Shown here: in pieces, positions 39,919-46,964 of the stretch
Layout of the letters: each line of letters begins with the position of its first letter
How positions within the stretch are numbered: the stretch's first letter is position 1
DNA from: Thermoflexales bacterium
GTDB lineage: Bacteria; Chloroflexota; Anaerolineae; J036; Brachytrichaceae
Direction: 5' to 3'
Assembly (NCBI GenBank): GCA_038213625.1
Contig: JBBQST010000001.1
Coordinates: 1 to 50,734, forward strand
Length of the DNA: 50,734 bases
Position numbers and translations under genes: made by a program
Notes under the pieces: generated by a model
The model's input: the letters and a program-made list of their open reading frames with translations, nothing else
Databases searched by the model: none
What the model was told of the DNA's origin: nothing

Positions 39919-41025
39919 CTAGAGCGCACGCGCAACGCGCTCATCCGAATCCACAATCTCAAGCGGGTCGCGCCGCAGCCGATGCCGCAATGCCGCGGTC
40001 GCCATCACTTTCACATCGTCATACTTCACGTCGATGGGGCCGTGGGCGGCCTTGGATTGAAACGCCGCGTAGGCACAGGCGGCTCGCGTCACGGTCAGCT
40101 CGCCGCGATGCCCATCGATGCCGAGCTTCATACACAACTCGGCGGCACGCAGCAACACGTCGTCGGGCATCACCACCTCGTGCAAAATCTTTTGGGCGTG
40201 CACAATGCGTTTGCGCAATTGCTGTTGTTGCGGCTCCCACATCTGCATAAACGCGGCAGGGTTCTCGTCAAACGCACGCCGGCGCTTCACAATTTCCACG
40301 CGCTCCTGCACATTCGTAATCGTGGTGATGCGCGCGTGCAGGCCAAATCGATCCAGCAATTGCGGCCGCAACTCGCCCTCCTCAGGGTTGCCGCTGCCCA
40401 CCAAAACAAATCGGGCCGGATGTTTGATGCTGATGCCTTCGCGCTCCACCACATTCCAGCCACTGGCGGCCACGTCCAACAACACATCCACCAAATGGTC
40501 ATCCAGCAAGTTCACTTCATCGATGTAGAGAAAGCCGCGATTGGCCTGGGCCAGCAGGCCCGGCGCAAAGCGCTTCTCGCCCCTGGTTAGCGCGGCTTCA
40601 ATATCAATCGTGCCGCACACGCGATCCTCAGTCGCACCAAGCGGCAGATCAACCACGGGCACGGGGATCTTCTCCAGCTTCTGAGACGACGGACGACGGA
40701 CGATGGACGACCCATCTTGCCGTCGTCCGTCGTCTGTCGTCTGTCGTCTCTGCTTCTGATCCACGTCATCCACCGTCTCTCTGTTATAGACATCCCCTTC
40801 AATGCGCTTGATGGCCGGCAACACATCGGCCAACGCGCGCACGGTCGTGCTCTTGCCGGTGCCACGATGCCCCATCACCATGACCCCGCCAATGCGTGGG
40901 TCAATTACATTCAGCAGCAAACACAGTTTCATCTCCTCCTGACCGACGATGGCGGTGAAGGGAAACGAAGTATTCAATGCATTGAGCGCGTTCAGTTCGG
41001 CATGGGGAGTGCTATGAGTCGACAT
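39919..41025 (-). CDS. bchI: magnesium chelatase I (ATPase) subunit
   Basis: ORF track. ...FPFTAIVGQEEMKLCLLLNVIDPRIGGVMVMGHRGTGKST... (Walker A), ...GFLYIDEVNLLDDH... (Walker B), ...ARFVLVGSGNPEEGELRPQLLDRFG.... Confidence 0.95.
   Translation of the reverse strand: MSTHSTPHAELNALNALNTSFPFTAIVGQEEMKLCLLLNVIDPRIGGVMVMGHRGTGKSTTVRALADVLPAIKRIEGDVYNRETVDDVDQKQRRQTTDDGRRQDGSSIVRRPSSQKLEKIPVPVVDLPLGATEDRVCGTIDIEAALTRGEKRFAPGLLAQANRGFLYIDEVNLLDDHLVDVLLDVAASGWNVVEREGISIKHPARFVLVGSGNPEEGELRPQLLDRFGLHARITTITNVQERVEIVKRRRAFDENPAAFMQMWEPQQQQLRKRIVHAQKILHEVVMPDDVLLRAAELCMKLGIDGHRGELTVTRAACAYAAFQSKAAHGPIDVKYDDVKVMATAALRHRLRRDPLEIVDSDERVARAL
40684..40751. mobile_element. 68-nt palindromic (GACGACR heptamer) element inserted in frame in bchI, flanked by 7-bp direct repeats
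   Basis: Arms 40684..40711 and 40722..40749 pair at 28 of 28 positions (25 Watson-Crick, 3 G:T) with a 10-nt loop. gcttctg occurs at 40677..40683 and again at 40752..40758. 68 + 7 = 75 nt = 25 codons (...QRRQTTDDGRRQDGSSIVRRPSSQK...). Confidence 0.55.
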
Positions 41026-41028
41026 GTT

Positions 41029-41496
41029 TTAGGACTGTGTATCGAGAACCCGAGCTGCCTTGCGCTGTTTGGCGGCCATCAAGCCGCGCCGGCCAAATTG
41101 AATAAAGTTCACTACGTAGGAGATCAATGCCACCAACATCACAGTCATTTGCAGTCGTTCACTGGCCCCAAACAGCCACGCGGCAATAAACGCCAGATGC
41201 AGCACCAGCGAAACCGCATTGATCATGTCTTCCCAGAAAAATTCCTTGGCCAGGAAATACTTGCCATACACATCGAACTCCCAGGCCATGCCGGTGATGG
41301 TGATAAACACCATCATCACGACTTTGATGGATGATGCGATATGCGCGGCCATGTAACCCTGGCCGGTCGCAAAATATTGAATCACCAGAATCAGGCTGAC
41401 AATAAACGTGAGGAATTGCACCGGCGCAGTCACCGCCTGCACCGGCGTCCATAGAGATTCATTGCGTCGCCGCAGTTGATCGGGGGTGTAGTTCAT
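41029..41496 (-). CDS. bchF: 3-vinyl bacteriochlorophyllide hydratase
   Basis: ORF track. ...YTPDQLRRRNESLWTPVQAVTAPVQFLTFIVSLILV...GKYFLAKEFFWEDM... closely follows the BchF pattern I remember (YTPEQRRRRDESRWT.VQ...LQF..F..SL.LV...GKYLFA.PFFWED). Confidence 0.9.
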   Translation of the reverse strand: MNYTPDQLRRRNESLWTPVQAVTAPVQFLTFIVSLILVIQYFATGQGYMAAHIASSIKVVMMVFITITGMAWEFDVYGKYFLAKEFFWEDMINAVSLVLHLAFIAAWLFGASERLQMTVMLVALISYVVNFIQFGRRGLMAAKQRKAARVLDTQS

Positions 41497-41509
41497 CGGA
41501 AGAAAGTAA

Positions 41510-41597
41510 AGAGTATGAAGTAGTCAGTAGTCAGTAGTCAGTAAGCATTGCCGTGCCTGTCTTTACTGGCTACTGGCTACTGACTACTTCATACTCT
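41510..41597. repeat. heptamer-periodic (CAGTAGT) hairpin element between the pucC-like gene and bchF
   Basis: 41510..41544 pairs with 41563..41597 over 35 positions (33 Watson-Crick, 2 T:G). The loop is ~15-18 nt. The repeat unit is the same as in the 30373 element. Confidence 0.85.
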
Positions 41598-41598
41598 C

Positions 41599-43044
41599 CT
41601 ATGCCGCCTCAATCGTCAGGCCCAGTTGTTCACGTGTCATGCGACGGAACTTTTGCACGTCCACTTTGGCCATCAGATTCACGGCCACCACGCACAGCAC
41701 TGTGCTGGTCATGAAAATAGAGGCATAGCTCAATGAGAAATTACCAGTGAGAGCGATACCGGCATCACGAATGCCGCCGCCAACAAATTGCGAGAAGCCG
41801 TTGGCCAGGGCCTGCGACATGCCCCACGCGCCCATCAGCGAGCCAGTCTGGCCCGGCACCGTCATGTCCATCATCATGCTCAGCGCGCCAACATTGAACG
41901 TGCCCATGCCAAAGCCCAGGGTGAGCAGGCCGGCATACAGCAACGGCAGCACTTGGGTGATCGCCGAGGCCGCCAGCAACGCAAATCCAATCATGGAGAT
42001 GATCGCGCCCACATTGGCAATGCTGCGCTTGGGGATGGGCCAGCGGCTGGCCACGATACCCGTGATCAGCATGGCCAGAATCGTCATCCCGCCCATCATG
42101 CTCTGGAAGCTGCTGGTCTGTGAAGCCGACAGCTTGAAGACATCACCGCCAAACGGCTCCAGAATGTTGTCTTGCAGGAACAGGCCAAAAATGGCAATAA
42201 ATATGAAGAAGAAGAACACGCGAGTTTGGGTGTTGCTGAAGATGCCCGTATAGGCTTCCTTTAGATTCAGATGTGGGCGCGCTTGCACGGTCTTGAGTTC
42301 CTCACCGCTAACCTTGCGCTCCAGCCCTAGGAGCGGCAGCAGGCCGATCAGACACACGACCGGGCCAACCAGGAACAGCGATGGCATCAGACTCAGGGCC
42401 ACTTCACTGCGACCCGCCACGCACTGCGCTGTCACGCAGGCTGCTTCGATGCCGGCTTTAAGCTCGGCGTTACGCAACACGATCGACACCGTGATGCCGC
42501 TGGCGACAATGGCAACCAGTTGGAACAGCCACACCGCACTGACCACACCGGGCCGGTTCTTCTTGCCCTCGGTCAGCTCGGCAATCAAAGTGTTGTGGCT
42601 GTCACCGTTCATGGCAAAGCCGAGACCAAACACGACCATGATCAGCAGCATGTACACCAGCGCGAATGTATTGCCCTGAGCAAACATCGGTGCCGCATAG
42701 GGCAGCGGAATCAGCGCAATGGCCGAGAGCATCAGCCCAATGAACATCATCGGAGTGCGGCGCAGACCGAAGAGGGTGCGCCGGTCGGCAATGCGCCCGT
42801 TCACCACCTGGAAGATATTCATCAGGTTGTAGGCGAGATACAACAGGCCGACGATAGTGGCACCGATTTTGAGTTCGGTGATCATCACCCGGTTGTAGAC
42901 CGATAGCAGCATGACGAATAGATAGGCCACACCGGCCTTGGGCAACATCAGCCGCAAAATGTGAATGAAGGGCAAGGTGTCTGCCTGAACTCGTTCAGTT
43001 TTTCCAGACTTGGCTGTCCGAAACCGGGGGAGAGAAAAAGACAT
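41599..43044 (-). CDS. pucC: PucC/BCD-family MFS protein (second copy)
   Basis: ORF track. GGAGG lies 7 nt before ATG 43044. ...YNRVMITELKIGATIVGLLYLAYNL...NGRIADRRTLFGLRRTPMMFIG... and 12-TM layout. Confidence 0.85.
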   Translation of the reverse strand: MSFSLPRFRTAKSGKTERVQADTLPFIHILRLMLPKAGVAYLFVMLLSVYNRVMITELKIGATIVGLLYLAYNLMNIFQVVNGRIADRRTLFGLRRTPMMFIGLMLSAIALIPLPYAAPMFAQGNTFALVYMLLIMVVFGLGFAMNGDSHNTLIAELTEGKKNRPGVVSAVWLFQLVAIVASGITVSIVLRNAELKAGIEAACVTAQCVAGRSEVALSLMPSLFLVGPVVCLIGLLPLLGLERKVSGEELKTVQARPHLNLKEAYTGIFSNTQTRVFFFFIFIAIFGLFLQDNILEPFGGDVFKLSASQTSSFQSMMGGMTILAMLITGIVASRWPIPKRSIANVGAIISMIGFALLAASAITQVLPLLYAGLLTLGFGMGTFNVGALSMMMDMTVPGQTGSLMGAWGMSQALANGFSQFVGGGIRDAGIALTGNFSLSYASIFMTSTVLCVVAVNLMAKVDVQKFRRMTREQLGLTIEAA

Positions 43045-43086
43045 GAAATTACCTCCAATTTGATCTAACTGATCTTGAAACGAAAT

Positions 43087-43142
43087 GGAAAAACAAAAAA
43101 GGCAACAGCGACCCGTTCTGCAAACAGGTCAGTGTTGCCTTT
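43087..43142 (-). terminator. Rho-independent terminator candidate just upstream of the bch gene train
   Basis: Minus strand: AAAGGCAACA(CU)GACC-loop-GGUC(GC)UGUUGCCUUU followed by UUUGUUUUUCC. The 10-bp outer stem is 43098..43107 / 43133..43142. Confidence 0.55.
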
Positions 43143-43649
43143 AATACAAACCGATAAAAAGGGGACGGTGGCACTCCCAGATAATTGGCGCTGCGATACC
43201 AGTAAAGATTCTGTACAGGCACGACCTCAGGGTCTGCCGGCATCAACAAAAGCACTTTGAACCCCATCAATGGCGCGGCCGCGGGGCAGGTGTTTGAAAG
43301 GAACAACACTCCCAGAATGATCAACGCGCATCCACCGGCCGCAAAGAAGAGTATTTGGGATTGAGTGTCCCAGGCGCCCAGAAGCGCAATCAGCCCGCAC
43401 AGCATGGCGGCCGTATGCGCCATACACAGGCGATCCTCATAGTTAGACCTCGCCGCACGATGTGACAAATTCCTTTTCACAGCGGCGCGCCGGCCCAGAG
43501 CAACTTCACACAAAAACCCAAACACACGGTGAGTTTAGAACTGACCCGAAAATTGTCAATTTCAAAAATATCGCGCGTGCGAAACAAAAATATATTGGCC
43601 GGGTAACACTCAGGGCGAAATGCAAATCTTGATGTAAAAGTCCTTCTTT

Positions 43650-44975
43650 TTAGGCATTTCCACGAGGTGTGGGGATTTGCTTTGCCTGTGTCGCCGGGAG
43701 CGCACGCACAGTCAGCAATGCAATCAACGCCATCACCAGGGTGCCATAGACGATGCCGTTGATGAAAAACTGCTGCGCCAGAATTCCGCCAAGGATGCTG
43801 CCGGCCAGTGACCCCAGACTGAGCAGGACGTTGTAAATTCCCATCGCGGCACCACGTCCATTCTGCGCACCCACCACATCGGCCAGTAGCGACAGCGCCG
43901 CGGGGGTGAAGCCGCTCTCAACCATGATCAAGATGGCGGTGATGACTAAAATAACGACACGGACCCAGGCTGGCCACGCACCCGATTGGTTGAGCAGGTA
44001 CAGGCCCAGACAGACCAGCAACATGGCCACCAGCGCCACAGTCAGCACTGTCTTGCGCGCAAAACGATGCAGCACGAAGCTCCACAGCGTGACACCGATG
44101 GCAAACACGACGGCATAACCCAACAGCACGATGCCGACTCTTTCCGGCTCTTTGGCGAACAGGCCAGTGAGAAACTGACCGTGTCGATTGTCGAGCGTAA
44201 ACAGGAAGGTCAGAGTCGGCCCCAGCCACAGGCCCACAATGGCGTTGATGCACAACCACGCCGGTGCAAGCCGCAACAGGGCCGGATCTTTTGCCGCACG
44301 AATCAGTCCACCAAGCGCCTGCGAGGCACCGTGCTTGCGGCTGCCCACCGCGCTGTATGCACACACACCTCCCGCCAGCACATACACGGCGGCCACCGCT
44401 GCGAAGGCACCGGTTCCCAATATTCCCCACAACACACTGCCCACCACCCCACCCAATGCCAACCCAACCAGCAGCGATAGCTCGTAGAAACTCATCGCCT
44501 TGCCGCGCAGGGCCTCGGCACCGTCGGTGACATCGGTGATGTGAGCGAGCAGCGCGGGTCCACCCGCCGCACCCGCCAGACCTTCCAGGGCGCGGGCGAT
44601 GAAGAAGATGCTTAACAAGCCACTCATACCAAACAACTGGGTCGCGATGGCACCGAGCACGGCGCTCAAAACCAGCAATGCGCGCGGTGCCAGCGCATCG
44701 GAAGCCACACCCATCGGCAGTGCCGCGATGAGCTCGATGATGAAGGACACCGAAGCCAGCGCCCCAACCACCAGCGCATCCACAGCCAGCCCACGATTTG
44801 CCAGATCTGCGAGATATAAGCCGATCAGAATGCCGCCTGCAGAACCAGCGACTCGCAGGAGCGCATTGCCCAGCAACACCAGGGGCAGACGTTGCCGGCC
44901 CTGTATCAGTCTGCGGCCGGCTTGTTTCAACCCAGGATCAAGTTCAGCTACCACCATTTCATTCATGTATGCCAC
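43650..44975 (-). CDS. MFS transporter
   Basis: ORF track. 12-14 hydrophobic helices with MFS-type loop motifs. The listed start is a GTG; ATG 44966 is an alternative. Confidence 0.85.
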   Translation of the reverse strand: MAYMNEMVVAELDPGLKQAGRRLIQGRQRLPLVLLGNALLRVAGSAGGILIGLYLADLANRGLAVDALVVGALASVSFIIELIAALPMGVASDALAPRALLVLSAVLGAIATQLFGMSGLLSIFFIARALEGLAGAAGGPALLAHITDVTDGAEALRGKAMSFYELSLLVGLALGGVVGSVLWGILGTGAFAAVAAVYVLAGGVCAYSAVGSRKHGASQALGGLIRAAKDPALLRLAPAWLCINAIVGLWLGPTLTFLFTLDNRHGQFLTGLFAKEPERVGIVLLGYAVVFAIGVTLWSFVLHRFARKTVLTVALVAMLLVCLGLYLLNQSGAWPAWVRVVILVITAILIMVESGFTPAALSLLADVVGAQNGRGAAMGIYNVLLSLGSLAGSILGGILAQQFFINGIVYGTLVMALIALLTVRALPATQAKQIPTPRGNA

Positions 44976-45329
44976 ACAGTCAATTTATGCTCTCATGTCA
45001 TGCTCTCATGGTCGAACAATCACTCCAGCAGGTTTCTGGATGGACAGGATGTACAAGTCCCTATTTTTTAACCTGCCACATTTGTCGGCTTCACACTGTA
45101 AGGGCGCTTACAGATCACACCGACTGTAAGCACTATCGTTAACGCCGTCCAGCGCGACGGTTGATCCAGGAACCGCGTTTATGCGGTTCCGATCTCCGTA
45201 GCACGCTCATCACACCGATTGGAACAGGCCCGCATCGGCCACAACACTTTTGTAAGAATTTGGCGGCAACATCATCGCGTGGGCAATCAGCCTGTGATGA
45301 AACGTCATATTCAGAGGAGTAAACAGATT

Positions 45330-46121
45330 ATGCAAATCAAGCAAACCCAAACGACTCGCCACGCAATATTCATCTACGCAAGTGTGGCCGCGCTGGCGCT
45401 GGCCGCCTGCAGCACAGCCGCACCCGCAGCCACGGCCACGGCTGTCCCCGCAGCCACCAATGCGCCCGCAGCCACCAACGCACCCGCACCAACGGCCGTG
45501 GTCGCAATGGCAGAACCCACTACCGATGCGATGGCCAAGCCCGCCGACAGCATGACCAGCACCGATGCCATGACAAAGACCGAGGCCATAGTGATGACTG
45601 AGGCGATGACTGAGGCAATGACATCGACCGAGGCCATGCAGGACAAGCCAGCCGAAGGCCAAGCGATGACCGACACAGCCCTGCGGCCGGCCTGGCAACA
45701 GGTTCAGCTTACAGATGCGCGCACGGGCAAGGCATTCACCCTGGCTGATTTTGCCGGCAAAACCGTCTATGTGGAACCCTTCGCCACCTGGTGCAGCAAC
45801 TGCCGCGCACAGTTGAACAATGTGCGCACGGCCAAGGGTCAGTTGGACGACCAACATGTATTTGTCGCGCTAAGCGTCGAGACCAACCTCACGACTGAGG
45901 ACATTGCCAAATATTCCGAAGCACAGGGGTTCGATTGGGTGTTTGCGGTGATGACGCCGGAATTGCTCAAGCAGCTCACCGATCAGTTCGGCCTTACCAT
46001 CGCCAACCCGCCCTCCACGCCGCACTTCATCATCCGGGCCGATGGCACCACCACGGACTTGTCCACTGGGATCAAGAGCGTCGAGGATCTCGTCGCCACC
46101 ATTCAGGCTGAACGCAAATAA
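45330..46121 (+). CDS. TlpA/ResA-like thioredoxin-fold lipoprotein with Met-rich N-terminal repeat region
   Basis: ORF track 45219..46121(+). I moved the start to ATG 45330 after GAGGAG. Lipobox ...ALALAAC, CxxC active site FATWCSNCR. Confidence 0.8.
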   Translation: MQIKQTQTTRHAIFIYASVAALALAACSTAAPAATATAVPAATNAPAATNAPAPTAVVAMAEPTTDAMAKPADSMTSTDAMTKTEAIVMTEAMTEAMTSTEAMQDKPAEGQAMTDTALRPAWQQVQLTDARTGKAFTLADFAGKTVYVEPFATWCSNCRAQLNNVRTAKGQLDDQHVFVALSVETNLTTEDIAKYSEAQGFDWVFAVMTPELLKQLTDQFGLTIANPPSTPHFIIRADGTTTDLSTGIKSVEDLVATIQAERK

Positions 46122-46135
46122 TCAGGAGCCCATCC

Positions 46136-46804
46136 GTGAGCCAACTACTGGAAGCGTTCATCCTCGGCAATGCCGCCATTCTCGGCAACGTGTGCATCCT
46201 GCCGCTCTACCCGGGACTGATGGCTTTTCTTGCGGGTAACGCCAGCAACCCTAACACAGCACGAGCGCGCCCCTGGCTGGGCGCGCTCGTGCTGGCAGGT
46301 GTGCTCAGTATGATGATGTTGATCGGCTTACTCGTGTTTATCCTGCAACAGTCATTCGGGGCCATTCTGCCCGTGTTGCTGCCCATCATCTACATCGCCG
46401 TCATCGTGCTGGGTCTGCTGATGCTCAGCGGCCGCAATCCCTTCAATCGGATCAGCACCTCCCAAATCCCCATGCTGCGCAACCCAATGGCTGCGGCCTA
46501 CGCCTACGGCCTGTTGCTGGGGCCGATGACGCTGCCATGCACGGGGCCGCTCATCGTCACCGCCTTCGTGCTGGGCACCACCGGCATCAACTCCCTGCTG
46601 GGTGCCCTGGTTTATTTCCTGGCCTTTGGAGTGGGATTTGGCTGGCCGCTGATCGTGCTGCCGTTGATCACCCTGTCCTTCCAGCGCAAGTTCACCCGCT
46701 GGTTCACCGAACGGTATGCACTGATCGGCCGCCTGTCCGGCCTGCTCCTGATCGCCATCGGCGTGTTTGGGTTTGTCACCGAAGTGCTGCCGAATTTGCC
46801 CTGA
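46136..46804 (+). CDS. ccdA: cytochrome c biogenesis thiol-disulfide transporter CcdA/DsbD-core family
   Basis: ORF track. GTG start after AGGAG. Six TM helices with ...LPLYPGLMAFL... and ...TLPCTGP... motifs. Follows the TlpA-like gene. Confidence 0.85.
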   Translation: MSQLLEAFILGNAAILGNVCILPLYPGLMAFLAGNASNPNTARARPWLGALVLAGVLSMMMLIGLLVFILQQSFGAILPVLLPIIYIAVIVLGLLMLSGRNPFNRISTSQIPMLRNPMAAAYAYGLLLGPMTLPCTGPLIVTAFVLGTTGINSLLGALVYFLAFGVGFGWPLIVLPLITLSFQRKFTRWFTERYALIGRLSGLLLIAIGVFGFVTEVLPNLP

Positions 46805-46808
46805 TGCT

Positions 46809-46920
46809 GTAACTACTCAGGCCTTTTGGACAGGATAAACAGGATTTACAAGATCGGGAGCAGATTTCCAACCTGTACATCTTGTAAATCCTGTCTCAAA
46901 ATCTGAGGCTGAGCAGTTAC
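46809..46920. mobile_element. 112-nt MITE-like element with 13-bp terminal inverted repeats and an 8-bp target-site duplication
   Basis: ctgatgct occurs at 46801..46808 and 46921..46928. TIRs gtaactactcagg (46809..46821) and gctgagcagttac (46908..46920) have 1 mismatch. The internal perfect 16-bp stem is acaggatttacaagat (46839..46854) / atcttgtaaatcctgt (46879..46894). Confidence 0.55.
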
Positions 46921-46964
46921 CTGATGCTTGCAAATAAAGCTGGTTGCCGCCAGATGATGACGAC

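Noticed and set aside
38108-40590. ORFs antisense or out of frame to bchD/bchI (38108..38854, 38174..38755, 38320..38943, 39334..39858, 39862..40590)
   Set aside because: These are shadow ORFs within well-supported chelatase genes. Several merely translate the heptamer palindromes in other frames.
5486-41597. CRISPR array interpretation of the various short repeats
   Set aside because: All repeat arrays are contiguous tandem units (7-17 bp) or inverted repeats without unique spacers of 25-40 nt. No cas genes are present.
43049-43525. 158-aa ORF immediately upstream of the pucC-like gene
   Set aside because: Its 3' third contains a good Rho-independent terminator and the pucC-like RBS, and the translated C-terminal part is implausible. 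At most a short 2-TM protein (from ATG 43423) may be real, so I did not list it as a feature.
45210-45857. 215-aa ORF on the minus strand opposite the TlpA-like gene
   Set aside because: It is antisense to a gene with a lipobox and CxxC motif. Its Gly/His/Cys-rich translation derives from the complement of the Met-rich repeat.
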